Source of the DNA: Abditibacteriaceae bacterium
GTDB lineage: Bacteria; Armatimonadota; Abditibacteriia; Abditibacteriales; Abditibacteriaceae
Direction of reading: 5' to 3'
Assembly (NCBI GenBank): GCA_965277285.1
Contig: OZ255721.1
Coordinates: forward strand, 3,764,132-3,828,131
DNA length: 64,000 nucleotides
Below, in pieces: positions 12,200-22,920 of this stretch. Positions within the stretch are counted from its first letter, which is position 1, and each line of letters opens with the position of its first letter. Under the pieces are notes generated by a model, which was not told the DNA's origin, searched no databases, and saw only the letters and a list, made by a program, of their open reading frames with translations. The position numbers were made by a program, and so were the translations under genes.

Positions 12200-12685
12200 T
12201 TATTCCGCCATTTCACAATCTACAAATACTTGCTTTGGACGAACTTTGAGCAACACAACCAACGCACGGCGTTGCATCGGAACGGCCTCATGCCCGAGAG
12301 AACCGTGATCCACCAAAAGACTTTGCTTGAGTTGGTAAAGGTCAAATGCACCCGTGCCTTCATTCAAAACAACGGCGCGGACCAGAAAAGGCGTTTTTCC
12401 TGGCACCGCTTTGAAACTTGTTCCAACGAAGGCTTTGGCCTGCGCAGATGAAAGCGGAACAATCGGGCTTCGTGTGAGCAAAGTTATCGCTCTGGGCAAC
12501 ATCGTGCTCAAAACGACATGAAAATCTTTGACGGGTGTCGCAGGTGAAACGTAAAAATTGATGTTCGACGGCGCGGGACGATACCAGGAATCCTTTGTCG
12601 TCCAGGAAGGGGAAGACGTTTGTCTCGCGCATCCTGCAAGCAATGCAACGGACGCAAAGAAACAAACGGCGATTAAGAATTTCAT
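12200..12685 (-). CDS. Hypothetical lipoprotein
   Basis: Signal peptide with LAGC lipobox. Confidence 0.65.
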   Translation of the reverse strand: MKFLIAVCFFASVALLAGCARQTSSPSWTTKDSWYRPAPSNINFYVSPATPVKDFHVVLSTMLPRAITLLTRSPIVPLSSAQAKAFVGTSFKAVPGKTPFLVRAVVLNEGTGAFDLYQLKQSLLVDHGSLGHEAVPMQRRALVVLLKVRPKQVFVDCEMAE

Positions 12686-12870
12686 GGTCAATCTCATTTT
12701 AACCAAGTTTTCGTAACGTTATAGAGCGTGACAAAAGCGCGAGTGTTGCGTTGTTGCAAGGCCCAAAGTGCAAGCTGAAAAATAACTGAAATATGGTCGG
12801 GAAGGGCCTTGTGAAAAGTTGCACAATCAGGCAAAATGAAAGTTGCAGTTTCAATTTGTCGTTTTTTCTT

Positions 12871-13857
12871 ATGAGTCGTTTGCGTTTCAGGCGTTTTGCG
12901 TGGGGTGTTGTGGGCGCGACGCTGCTCGTCGTTTTGTGGGGCGCTTATGTGCGCGCCAGTTTGTCGGGCGATGGTTGCGGCGCGCATTGGCCGAGTTGCG
13001 GCACGACGATTATTCCTCATCCGCAGCAAACCAAAACGATGGTCGAATTGTCGCATCGCCTGACCAGTTTGTTCCTCATCCTCTCGACCTTGGGTTTGAT
13101 GGTTTGCTCGTTTTTCGTTTATCCTAAGGGCGACATCGTGCGCAAAGGCGCCGTCTGGTCATTTGCGCTGGTGATGAGCGAAGCGTTTGTCGGCGCTGGC
13201 TTGGTGTTGTTCAGCCTGGTGGCGCGCAATCCTTCGGTTTATCGCGCCGTAGCGATGTGTTCGCACTTGATCGTGACGTTGTTCTTGGTCGCGTCGATGA
13301 CACTGACGGCGTGGTGGGCTTCGGGCGGTGCGCGTTTGCGCTTACGAAATCAAGGCGAACTGGGTTTTGCTTTTGGCGCGTCGTTTGTTTCGGTGATTGT
13401 CGTAGCGATTACGGGTTCGTTGTCGGCGCTGGGCGATACGTTGTATCCGGCGAAGAACCTGATGGAAGGAATGCAGCAGGACTTCGCGCCGACGGCTTCG
13501 TATCTTTTGCAACATCGGCCTTTGCATCCCTTGAGCGCGGTTTGCGCGACCGCAATTGTGCTGGCGACAGCCGCATTGAGTACTCGATTGCGCGGCGATG
13601 TGCGGACGAAACGTTTCGCGCTTGTCACATCGGGTTTAATGGTTTTTCAAGTTGTTCTGGGCTTGATCAATTTAGTGATTTTAGCGCCGATTTGGATGCA
13701 GCTTTTGCACTTGCTGACGGCTAACGCGCTGTGGATTAGTCTGGTGGTTTTGGCGGCGCAAACGTTGAGTGAAGGAAAAGAAGTCATCGAAAGTCGAACG
13801 ACACAAAACGAGGAGGTGAATCGCACTTGGCAGGAACACATTCCGTCGGCGTTGTAG
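12871..13857 (+). CDS. ctaA: COX15/CtaA heme A synthase
   Basis: GDGC..WPSC, ELSHR, QLLHL; upstream of ctaB. Confidence 0.88.
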   Translation: MSRLRFRRFAWGVVGATLLVVLWGAYVRASLSGDGCGAHWPSCGTTIIPHPQQTKTMVELSHRLTSLFLILSTLGLMVCSFFVYPKGDIVRKGAVWSFALVMSEAFVGAGLVLFSLVARNPSVYRAVAMCSHLIVTLFLVASMTLTAWWASGGARLRLRNQGELGFAFGASFVSVIVVAITGSLSALGDTLYPAKNLMEGMQQDFAPTASYLLQHRPLHPLSAVCATAIVLATAALSTRLRGDVRTKRFALVTSGLMVFQVVLGLINLVILAPIWMQLLHLLTANALWISLVVLAAQTLSEGKEVIESRTTQNEEVNRTWQEHIPSAL

Positions 13858-14858
13858 GCGCTGAAACTCCCGTTAACCTTGCTGTCAATTCCGTTGTTGC
13901 GGAAAATGAAGCCGATGCTGCGATTCCCGCGATTTGTGGCGTGGAAGAGGAATCGAGTACTCGAAAAGCGCCGCTTCCTTTGTGGAAAGATTACCTGCTG
14001 CTGACTAAGCCGCGCGTCATTTCGCTGTTGCTGTTCACGACGTGGACGGCGATGGTGATTGCTGAGGGTCGCTGGCCAGGCTGGACATTGTTTCTGGCGG
14101 CGGGACTTGGGTTTTATATGGCGGCGGGTGCGGCGCACGTCGTCAACATGATCTTGGATCGTGACATCGACAAAGCGATGAAGCGCACATCGGAACGCGC
14201 GCTCGCTTCGGGACGCATTTCGGTGCGCGATGCGGCGATTTTTGCCACAGCGCTGGGCGCCGGTTCGTTTGGGTTGTTGTGGACGATGGCGACGCCGCTT
14301 TCGGCGTGGATGGCGTTGTCGGGCGCGGCGTTTTATGTTTTGGTTTATACGATGTTGCTCAAGCGCCGGACTTGGAGTAATATCGTTATCGGCGGCGCCG
14401 CAGGATCGTTTCCACCTCTCGTGGGCTGGGCGGCTGTGACCAATCATTTGCCGCCTTTCGCGTGGTGTCTTTTCGCCATTATTTTCTTGTGGACGCCCGT
14501 ACACTTCTGGGCGCTGGCGATTCTCATCAAAGATGACTACGCTGAAGTCGGCGTGCCAATGCTGCCGGTTGTCAAGGGCGAACGCGCGACCTCTGTTCAA
14601 ATCTGCTGGTATACGGTTCTCACTGTCGCGGCCTCGTTCCTTCCTGTGGTGTTTAAGGGTGGCTTGGAGCACAGCGTCAGCGTTTTTTATATGATGTCTG
14701 CCGGACTGTTGAACGCGGTTCTGGCGTGGTATAGTTGGCGATTGTGGCGCGAACCGATTCGCGCGCGCGCCAGTTCCTTGTTTCATTATTCGATGTTGTA
14801 TTTGGCGCTGTTGTTCCTGGCGCTGGCCGTTGATCGCGCTGTCTTCGTTCGTATGTAA
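13827..14858 (+). CDS. ctaB: Protoheme IX farnesyltransferase
   Basis: [38 protein letters not shown]; start uncertain. Confidence 0.95.
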   Translation: MAGTHSVGVVGAETPVNLAVNSVVAENEADAAIPAICGVEEESSTRKAPLPLWKDYLLLTKPRVISLLLFTTWTAMVIAEGRWPGWTLFLAAGLGFYMAAGAAHVVNMILDRDIDKAMKRTSERALASGRISVRDAAIFATALGAGSFGLLWTMATPLSAWMALSGAAFYVLVYTMLLKRRTWSNIVIGGAAGSFPPLVGWAAVTNHLPPFAWCLFAIIFLWTPVHFWALAILIKDDYAEVGVPMLPVVKGERATSVQICWYTVLTVAASFLPVVFKGGLEHSVSVFYMMSAGLLNAVLAWYSWRLWREPIRARASSLFHYSMLYLALLFLALAVDRAVFVRM

Positions 14859-14949
14859 AGTTCGTTTGTCAACGTCGAAAACGCTTTTCGAGTACTCGAA
14901 AGCACTTCTTCATATCTTAAAAATAAACTTTCAAAAAGCAGGTTTTTGA

Positions 14950-15606
14950 ATGGCTCAGGTGTTTCATCGCAGTTCTAATACAGTCATGCGCGCTGCCATG
15001 GTCGGCATCGTGCTGGCAATCACGGCCATTGCTGGCCTGTGGTACGGCTTCAACTTGAGCTACGGCAATCGTCTTTACATTCCGATTGACCAGCCGGTTC
15101 AGTTCAGCCACAAGCACCACGTCGGCGACGACGGCATCGATTGCCGCTATTGCCACACCAGCGTCGAGAAATCGGCGTATGCGGGAATGCCGCCGACGCA
15201 GACTTGTATGTCGTGCCATTCGCAAATCTGGTCGGATTCGCCCGAATTGGCACCGGTGCGCGCTTCCTATGTCTCGGGTCAGCCGATTCAGTGGAATCGC
15301 GTGCACGATATGCCGGACTTCGTGTATTTCAACCACAGCATTCACTTGAAGAAGGGTATTTCGTGCGTCTCGTGCCATGGTCGCGTCGATCAGGAACCGT
15401 TGATTAAGAAGGTCAACACGATGACGATGCAATGGTGTCTGGATTGTCACAAGCATCCCGAACGCTTTATTCGTCCGCGCGAACAAGTCTTCAATATGGC
15501 GTGGAAGCCGACCGAAAGCCAGGCTGTGCTGGGGCCGCAGTTGGTGAAGGAATATAAGGTACTTCCGCGCTGGCAGATGACCAACTGCTCAATTTGCCAC
15601 CGTTAA
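14950..15606 (+). CDS. actA: Alternative complex III pentaheme cytochrome c
   Basis: Five CxxCH motifs, QPVQFSHKHH, first gene of act cluster. Confidence 0.92.
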   Translation: MAQVFHRSSNTVMRAAMVGIVLAITAIAGLWYGFNLSYGNRLYIPIDQPVQFSHKHHVGDDGIDCRYCHTSVEKSAYAGMPPTQTCMSCHSQIWSDSPELAPVRASYVSGQPIQWNRVHDMPDFVYFNHSIHLKKGISCVSCHGRVDQEPLIKKVNTMTMQWCLDCHKHPERFIRPREQVFNMAWKPTESQAVLGPQLVKEYKVLPRWQMTNCSICHR

Positions 15607-15628
15607 ACCGACTTTTCTCCTACAAATT

Positions 15629-18600
15629 ATGAGCGCGACAAAATCGTTAAATGCGGCGTCACCATCGCCGGAATTGGACATGAACGTGGAAAAAAAGTCA
15701 TCGACGCCTTCGACAATCAGCGCGGCGGAACTGCTCGGCCTCAACGTCTTGAACGCCGACACTGAAATCGCGCGCCACAATCAATCGGTCGCGGCGCATT
15801 CATCCGTCCCTTCGAGTACTCGAAAGGCCGAAGTCGCGCCGCAGATGCCGACGAATTTCATTCCTTTGACGGCGATTGAAAACAAAACCGACCGACTGGA
15901 TTTGGAAACGGTGCGCGCGAAATTGGCCGCCGCGCAAGGCCCCAAATACTGGCGCAGCCTGGAAGAGTTGTCGGGCGATCCGAAGTTTCAAGATTTGGTG
16001 GATCGTGAGTTCGGGCGCCAGGCTCCGGCCTCATGGTCGCCGCTCTCGCGCCGCGATTTTCTCAAAGTGATGGGCGCGGGTCTGGCGCTGGCCGGGCTGT
16101 CGGGTTGCGCGTTTCAGCCGCAAGAAAAAATCATTCCTTATGTGAAGCAGCCAGAAGAAATCGTGCCCGGCAAGCCACTGTTTTATGCGTCGGCGATGCC
16201 GGTCGGCGGTGGTTTTGTAAACGGCGTGCTGGCCGAAAGCAACATGGGTCGCCCAACCAAGATTGAGGGCAACGATGAGCATCCCGCAAGTCTGGGCGCG
16301 ACCGACATTTGGATGCAGGCCGCGCTGCTTTCGATGTATGATCCGGAGCGCGTGCAAACCGTTTCGTTTCGCGGCAACGCGGCGACGTGGGAAGGCTTTG
16401 TGTCCGCGATGCAGGTCGAGCGCGGGCGCTTGGGCAACAATGGCGGCGCAGGATTGCGCGTTCTGACGACTGGAACGACCTCGCCGACTTTGGCCGCGCA
16501 AATGGCCGGCGTGAAGAAATTATTTCCGCAATCGCAGTGGATTTCTTACGATGCGGTGAACAATGACAACGCAATGCAGGGCGCGCAACTCGCGTTTGGC
16601 CGTCCGGTGCAGACGGTTTACAAGTTTGATAAAGCATTGCGCATTTTGTCGCTGGACAGCGATTTTCTGCTGGAAGACGCCGGTCGCGTGCGTTATAGCC
16701 GCGATTTCATCAAAGGGCGCCGCGTGCGCGACGACGTGGGCGGCAAAAAACTGGCGGAAATGAATCGCCTTTATGTCGCGGAAAGCACGCCGACGATCAC
16801 CGGCGCGATGGCCGATCATCGCCTGCCGCTCAAACCCAGCCAAATCGAAACCCTGGCGCGCTTGATTCAAAGCCAGATGCAGACGGGCGCAACGGCGGTT
16901 TCCGCAGCTGGTTTGCCGACCAACACGCAAGCCTTTGTCTCAGCCGTTATTAAGGATTTGCAGGATCATCGCGGGGCGAGTTTAGTTGTCGCGGGCGCGA
17001 CACAGCCGCCCGTTGTTCACGCCATTGCGCACGCTTTGAATGACGCGTTGGGCAACGTCGGGCAAACGCTGTTTTATACCGATCCAGTACTCGAAAACGT
17101 CTCAAACCAAACGCAAAGTTTGGGAATGTTGACAAAAGACATGAAGGCCGGACGCGTTCAAACGCTGTTTATTTTGGGCGGCAATCCGGTTTATGACACG
17201 CCCGCCGATTTCAATTTTGGCGACGCTATGAAGCGCGTTCGCACCGTTATTCGCTTGGGAATGCAGAACGACGAAACCTCGTTCCAAAGCCATTGGATTA
17301 TTCCCGAAGCGCATCCTTTGGAAGCGTGGAGCGATGGACGTTCTTTTGAAGGCACGACCAGCATCGTGCAGCCTTTGATCGCGCCGTTGTATGAAAATGC
17401 GCGCTCGATTCACGAACTAATCGCAACCTTCGTGGACGCACCAATTACCGACGGTTACAGCATTGTTCAGAATTATTGGCGCAAGCAGTTGGGCGGCGAA
17501 AGTTCTGTTGCCAGCAGCGCAACAAGCAGTGCGACAACGAATGGCACGACAAACAATGGTGCAGCGAGCGGCACTTCTGCAAACGGTGGCGCTTCAAGTA
17601 ACGGCATGGTGAGTAGCACGAGCAACGTCATGGTTGCGGCGGTTGATCCGTTCGATAAGTTGTGGCAGCGCATTTTGCACGACGGCATGGTGCCGAACAC
17701 TGCCGCAAAGCCCGTGACTGTCGCATTGAATGGCAGCTTTCTGAGTGCGGCTCCCACGGCAAAATCGAGTACTGGATATGAAATTAACTTCCGTCCTGAC
17801 CCGACTTTGTGGGATGGAAAGTGGGCGAATAGCGGCTGGTTGCAAGAGTTGCCCAAGCCTTTGACGCGCATGACGTGGGACAACGCGGCGCTGATGAGTT
17901 TGAACACGGCGCGCGACCTCAATGTAACGAACGAAGACATCGTGCAACTGACGCTCAAAGGGCGCTCGGTCAGCGCGCCGGTTTTCGTGATGCCTGGTCA
18001 TCCTGATGGAACAATCACGGTTTACCTGGGCGGTGGACGAACGCAGGGTGGCAAGTTGTTGGAAGGCATCGGCTTCAACGCGTATGCGATTCGCACTGCG
18101 GATGCGAGCAATTTCGCCAGCGGCCTGACCGTAGTCAAACTTTCGGGACGGCATCGCTTGGCGACGGTGGAAGATCACAACATTATTTCTTCGGTTCAAG
18201 ATCGTTCAACCAGTGATTCTCTTAATGAAGCTCCAGAAGGCCAGATCGACAGTATGCACAAGCGCGATTTGGTGCGCATCGGCGACTTCGCAGCGTACCA
18301 GAAGAACCCGAATTTCTTGCGCGGCGAGTTCGACAAATATGTCGAATACAGCACGACGGCTGATGGCAGCACCGGCGGGCCAATTACAGGCACCGAAAAC
18401 GGCGCATCGAGTACTGGAACTGCGGAAGGGAAGGGCGACAACCGCGCTGGTGCGGAATCCGAAGCGGAAAAAGGCTTGCCCTCCTTATATAACAATGGTT
18501 GGCCAAGCGACCCGAAAGGCTTGGGCAAAGACGGGCAACCGATTTACACGACGCGTTCGAACGTGGACGACCCAGACGAAGCGGATGCGCGCACCAAATA

Positions 18601-19483
18601 CAACGATCCTCATGTGCAGTTCGGCTACAACGATTTGCCGATGCCGCAATGGGGCATGACGATTGACTTGAATGCCTGCATTGGTTGCAACGCGTGTACG
18701 ATTGGCTGTCAGGCGGAGAACAACATTGCAACCGTCGGCAAAGATCAGGTAATGAACCGCCGCGAAATGCACTGGATTCGCATCGACACCTATTATAAAG
18801 GCGAAGTGAACAATCCCGAAGCGTATTTTCAGCCTGTGCCGTGTATGCACTGCGAGAAAGCGCCGTGCGAAGGCGTTTGTCCGGTGGAAGCGACCAGTCA
18901 CAGCGCCGAAGGCATCAACGAAATGACATATAACCGTTGCGTCGGCACGAAATACTGCTCGAACAACTGTCCTTACAAAGTGCGACGCTTCAACTTCTTG
19001 CAATATAGCGATTTTGATACGCCGCAAATCAAGTTGATGCAGAACCCGGATGTCACAGTGCGCGCGCGCGGCGTGATGGAAAAATGCAATTATTGCGTGC
19101 AGCGCGTGAACGAAGCGCGCATTCAGGCCGAGCGCGAAGATCGACCGATGCGCGATGGCGAAGTTGTGACGGCGTGTCAGCAGGCGTGCCCGACGGACGC
19201 AATTTTGTTCGGCAACATCGCGGATGAGAACAGCGCGGTGCGAAAAAGCAAAAGTCATCCTTTGAACTACGGCATTCTGGAAGAGTTGGGCACGCAGCCG
19301 CGCACCACGTATCTGGCGCGCCTGCGCAATCCCAATCCAGTACTCGAAGCGCAAGAAGGCAAGCGCGGCGACGCGACCGGAGCCAATATCGGTTCGGCGA
19401 ACGATGAAAGTCTGGCGGGGCCGGTTTCGCCGACGACACGCGAAAATAAGAACGGTAATGACGCGGCGGGAGGAAACCCCTGA
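15629..19483 (+). CDS. actB: Alternative complex III ActB (molybdopterin-oxidoreductase-like plus Fe-S domain)
   Basis: YWRSLEEL, SRRDFLK Tat motif, CIGCNAC, CMHCEKAPC, CVGTKYC, EKCNYC. Confidence 0.93.
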   Translation: MSATKSLNAASPSPELDMNVEKKSSTPSTISAAELLGLNVLNADTEIARHNQSVAAHSSVPSSTRKAEVAPQMPTNFIPLTAIENKTDRLDLETVRAKLAAAQGPKYWRSLEELSGDPKFQDLVDREFGRQAPASWSPLSRRDFLKVMGAGLALAGLSGCAFQPQEKIIPYVKQPEEIVPGKPLFYASAMPVGGGFVNGVLAESNMGRPTKIEGNDEHPASLGATDIWMQAALLSMYDPERVQTVSFRGNAATWEGFVSAMQVERGRLGNNGGAGLRVLTTGTTSPTLAAQMAGVKKLFPQSQWISYDAVNNDNAMQGAQLAFGRPVQTVYKFDKALRILSLDSDFLLEDAGRVRYSRDFIKGRRVRDDVGGKKLAEMNRLYVAESTPTITGAMADHRLPLKPSQIETLARLIQSQMQTGATAVSAAGLPTNTQAFVSAVIKDLQDHRGASLVVAGATQPPVVHAIAHALNDALGNVGQTLFYTDPVLENVSNQTQSLGMLTKDMKAGRVQTLFILGGNPVYDTPADFNFGDAMKRVRTVIRLGMQNDETSFQSHWIIPEAHPLEAWSDGRSFEGTTSIVQPLIAPLYENARSIHELIATFVDAPITDGYSIVQNYWRKQLGGESSVASSATSSATTNGTTNNGAASGTSANGGASSNGMVSSTSNVMVAAVDPFDKLWQRILHDGMVPNTAAKPVTVALNGSFLSAAPTAKSSTGYEINFRPDPTLWDGKWANSGWLQELPKPLTRMTWDNAALMSLNTARDLNVTNEDIVQLTLKGRSVSAPVFVMPGHPDGTITVYLGGGRTQGGKLLEGIGFNAYAIRTADASNFASGLTVVKLSGRHRLATVEDHNIISSVQDRSTSDSLNEAPEGQIDSMHKRDLVRIGDFAAYQKNPNFLRGEFDKYVEYSTTADGSTGGPITGTENGASSTGTAEGKGDNRAGAESEAEKGLPSLYNNGWPSDPKGLGKDGQPIYTTRSNVDDPDEADARTKYNDPHVQFGYNDLPMPQWGMTIDLNACIGCNACTIGCQAENNIATVGKDQVMNRREMHWIRIDTYYKGEVNNPEAYFQPVPCMHCEKAPCEGVCPVEATSHSAEGINEMTYNRCVGTKYCSNNCPYKVRRFNFLQYSDFDTPQIKLMQNPDVTVRARGVMEKCNYCVQRVNEARIQAEREDRPMRDGEVVTACQQACPTDAILFGNIADENSAVRKSKSHPLNYGILEELGTQPRTTYLARLRNPNPVLEAQEGKRGDATGANIGSANDESLAGPVSPTTRENKNGNDAAGGNP

Positions 19484-21183
19484 TGGATCAGAATCAAGTA
19501 CAAGGCGGTAGCCTCAATCCCGTCACAGCGACGGGCGATGTCATAGATGTCACCAGTCGCCAGGCGCGCGGTGGCGCTCCCGCACCCGATGCACCGAGTG
19601 ACAGCGACGGTTCTCGCGTGCGCGGGCCAAGCATTCCGCACCGTGCGGAAACCGGTTACGACACAGGACAAGTCGAAACTTATGATGTTTTGGGTCAAGG
19701 CTTGACTTATGAGTCGCTGACCGGCAAAGTTTCGGATGTCGTCTTGAAGCGCCGCGTCTCGTGGGGCTATGCGATTGGCTTGTCGGTCGCATTGGCGTTG
19801 CTGGCGACATTGGGAATGTCAATCCTTTATCTGTTGCTGATGGGCGTCGGCATCTGGGGCGTCAACACACCGATTGGCTGGGGCTTCGACATCATCAACT
19901 TCGTGTGGTGGATCGGTATCGGCCACGCGGGAACCTTGATTTCGGCGATTTTGCTGCTCTTGCACCAGAACTGGCGCACCAGCATCAACCGATTCGCCGA
20001 AGCGATGACGCTCTTCGCGGTTGCTTGCGCGGGTTTGTATCCGTTGCTTCATCTGGGCCGCCATCAATACTTTTACTGGATGATGCCGTTTCCTAATACA
20101 ATGGCATTGTGGCCAAACTTCCGTAGTCCTCTGGTGTGGGACGTGTTCGCGGTTTCGACTTATGCGACCGTTTCGTTGACGTTCTGGTATGTCGGCTTGG
20201 TGCCTGACTTGGCGATTTTGCGTGACCGCGCGACCAATCCGTTTGCACGCAAGGCGTATGGAATTGCGGCGCTGGGATGGCGCAACTCGGCGAAACATTG
20301 GGATCGTTACGGCAAGATTTATTTGTTGTTGGCTGGCGTGAGTACGCCGCTGGTGTTGTCGGTTCACTCGACGATCGCTTTCGACTTTTCGTATGGCGTG
20401 GTTCCGGGCTGGCACTCGACGATTTTCCCGCCCTATTTCGTGGCGGGTGCGGTTTTCGCCGGTTTTGCGATGGTGCTAATTCTGGCGATTCCGATGCGCT
20501 CGTTGTACGGGTTGAAAGACCTGATTACGATGAAGCATTTGGAAAACTGCGCCAAAGTCATGCTGGCGACGGGCTTGATCGTGTTCTACGGCTATATCAT
20601 GGAAGTGTTTTTCGGATGGTACAGCGCCAATAAATATGAAAGCTACATGACGTTTAACAACCGAATGTTCGGGCCGTATGCGCCCTCTTATTGGGCGCTC
20701 ATCTTCTGCAACGGTATCGCGCCGCAGATTTTGTGGTGGAAGAAGATGCGCACCAGCATTCCCGTTTTGTTCGGCATCTCGCTGATCGTCAGCGTTGGAA
20801 TGTTCCTGGAACGTTTCGTCATCATCGTGACGAGCTTGCACCGCGAATTTATTCCGGCGCGCTGGGGCATGTATTACCCGACGTTTTGGGACTGGTCAAC
20901 CTACGCGGGGACTTTCGGTTTGTTCTTCACCTTGTTCTTGTTGTTCTGCCGCTTCCTGCCTGTCATTGCGATTGCCGAAATGCGCGAATTGCTGCATCAC
21001 CAATCGCATCATGCCAGTCATGGTCACGACGATGGCGGACATGGACATGGCGATCATCCCGAAGTTTCTGTTTTGGACAGTTCGTCGCCGACGTATGAAG
21101 CGCAGCGTGCGCCACAAGGTGCTTTGACGGGTGGCGTGGCCGCCAGCGTTGCGATGAGCCAGGAAAAGCCGAACATCCTGTAA
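19483..21183 (+). CDS. actC: Alternative complex III ActC (NrfD/PsrC family)
   Basis: WGFDIINFVWWIGIGHAGTLISA, WRTSINRFAEAMT, PGWHSTIFPPYF. Confidence 0.95.
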   Translation: MDQNQVQGGSLNPVTATGDVIDVTSRQARGGAPAPDAPSDSDGSRVRGPSIPHRAETGYDTGQVETYDVLGQGLTYESLTGKVSDVVLKRRVSWGYAIGLSVALALLATLGMSILYLLLMGVGIWGVNTPIGWGFDIINFVWWIGIGHAGTLISAILLLLHQNWRTSINRFAEAMTLFAVACAGLYPLLHLGRHQYFYWMMPFPNTMALWPNFRSPLVWDVFAVSTYATVSLTFWYVGLVPDLAILRDRATNPFARKAYGIAALGWRNSAKHWDRYGKIYLLLAGVSTPLVLSVHSTIAFDFSYGVVPGWHSTIFPPYFVAGAVFAGFAMVLILAIPMRSLYGLKDLITMKHLENCAKVMLATGLIVFYGYIMEVFFGWYSANKYESYMTFNNRMFGPYAPSYWALIFCNGIAPQILWWKKMRTSIPVLFGISLIVSVGMFLERFVIIVTSLHREFIPARWGMYYPTFWDWSTYAGTFGLFFTLFLLFCRFLPVIAIAEMRELLHHQSHHASHGHDDGGHGHGDHPEVSVLDSSSPTYEAQRAPQGALTGGVAASVAMSQEKPNIL

Positions 21184-21244
21184 CTTCATCGAAAAGCCGC
21201 AGTATCGAGTACTCGATGTTATGTTGAAGATATGAAAGAGGGTT

Positions 21245-21889
21245 ATGGCAGAAACAGTGATTCAACAAGGTCGGCCAATCGAACACGTCGGAGCACCAGT
21301 CGTGCATAACGCGATCTTGCATGGCGCGGCTGGCGCGGCAGAGCCAGAAGTCGTTTCCGTTTCGTCGCTCTACGGCTTGATTTCGGAATATGAAACGCCG
21401 GAAGAACTGATCGCGGCGTGCGAAGCGGCGCGCGATGCCGGTTACAAAAAGATGGATTCGTACACGCCATTTCCGGTCGAGGCGTTGGCGGAAGCGATGG
21501 GTTTTCACGATATGCGCGTGCCGTGGATTACACTGGCGGCAGCTGTTGGCGGTTGCGTGGGCGGCTTTTTGTTTGTGATGTGGGCGGTCACGCAGGCTTA
21601 TGTGTTCAACATCGGCGGTCGTCCTCTTTATAGCTGGCCGCAGTGGATCGTTCCGACCTTTGAAATGACGATTTTGTCCGCCGCTTTGAATGGCGTTGGC
21701 GCCATGTTCTGGCTCAATGGCTTGCCGGAACTTTATCATCCGGTTTTCAATGCGCCAGGTTTCGAGCGCGCTTCGACCGACCGTTTCTTTTTGTGCATCG
21801 AGGCCAAAGACCCATTGTTCGACCGCGTTCGTACGCGCGAATTATTGCAAAACACGCATCCACTGACGGTTTCCGAGGTGGAGAATTAA
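21245..21889 (+). CDS. actD: Alternative complex III ActD (DUF3341)
   Basis: YTPFPV, GGRP, FEMTIL, DRFFLCI. Confidence 0.9.
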   Translation: MAETVIQQGRPIEHVGAPVVHNAILHGAAGAAEPEVVSVSSLYGLISEYETPEELIAACEAARDAGYKKMDSYTPFPVEALAEAMGFHDMRVPWITLAAAVGGCVGGFLFVMWAVTQAYVFNIGGRPLYSWPQWIVPTFEMTILSAALNGVGAMFWLNGLPELYHPVFNAPGFERASTDRFFLCIEAKDPLFDRVRTRELLQNTHPLTVSEVEN

Positions 21890-21890
21890 C

Positions 21891-22853
21891 ATGACGATCA
21901 CGAAAATTCTTGGCACAGGCGCGATGACTTTGGCGGCTCTTTCGTTGGGCGGTTGTACGCGCGACTGGAAATCGGCGCCCGTTTCGATGTGGAACGAGTC
22001 GCGCTACAAGCCTTACGAAGCGACGTCTTTTTTCGCTGACCAGAATACCTCGCGCCCGACGGTTCAGGGCACGGTCGCGCGCGGCCAATTGCGCACCGAC
22101 GAAGAGTTTTTTAACGGCACTAAGAACGGCGTGTTGGTCACGACAATGCCGTTTCCCGTCACGAAAGCCGTTTTGCAACGCGGTCAGGAACGCTTCAATA
22201 TCTATTGCACGCCGTGTCATGGTGATCAGGGTGCGGGCAACGGCATGATTGTGCAGCGTGGTTTTTCCAAGCCGCCGGACTATACGGAAACACGCTTGAT
22301 TAACGCGCCCATCGGTCATTTTTACGATGTGATGACGAACGGTTACGGCTCGATGTATTCTTACGCCAGCCGCGTTTCGCCACGCGACCGTTGGGCAATT
22401 GCCGCGTATATTCGCGTATTGCAACGCAGCCGCACCGCGACGATTAACGATGTCGCAGCCGATCAACGCGGGACTCTGCCCGATAATCTGGCGCCAGGTA
22501 CGACGACCGGCGGCACGCCAGCATCAGGGCCGAACGGCATGAGCCATCGCCCTGACGACGAGATGGCGAGCAGCTCGACAGCAAACAATGCAACCGTTTC
22601 GGCGACTTCGGGAACAGCAACGGTCGCGGGACAAACGAGTTCTTCACAGGTCGCGGCGCCGCAAACCACGACGAAGCCGACGCTTCCGCGCAATGCGACT
22701 TCGCCGTCCATGCCCGTTGTGCCAGGAACGGGAACGAAAAGCGGTGGACAGAACAACGCGCAATTTGGGCCAAACAATCGCCGAGAAAACGGTGGCACGA
22801 CAACGACGCCAAGTGGCGCGCCCGCGACAGCAGGATATGGAGCGCACGATTAA
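21891..22853 (+). CDS. actE: Alternative complex III ActE monoheme cytochrome c lipoprotein with S/T/P-rich tail
   Basis: LGGC lipobox, GTVARG, YCTPCHG, DRWAIAAYIR. Confidence 0.9.
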   Translation: MTITKILGTGAMTLAALSLGGCTRDWKSAPVSMWNESRYKPYEATSFFADQNTSRPTVQGTVARGQLRTDEEFFNGTKNGVLVTTMPFPVTKAVLQRGQERFNIYCTPCHGDQGAGNGMIVQRGFSKPPDYTETRLINAPIGHFYDVMTNGYGSMYSYASRVSPRDRWAIAAYIRVLQRSRTATINDVAADQRGTLPDNLAPGTTTGGTPASGPNGMSHRPDDEMASSSTANNATVSATSGTATVAGQTSSSQVAAPQTTTKPTLPRNATSPSMPVVPGTGTKSGGQNNAQFGPNNRRENGGTTTTPSGAPATAGYGAHD

Positions 22854-22920
22854 AACGTGCTGTTTTCAGTTGCGGTGCTGAATCGAGTACTCGATAACGG
22901 AAACGACAACCTTAAACCGA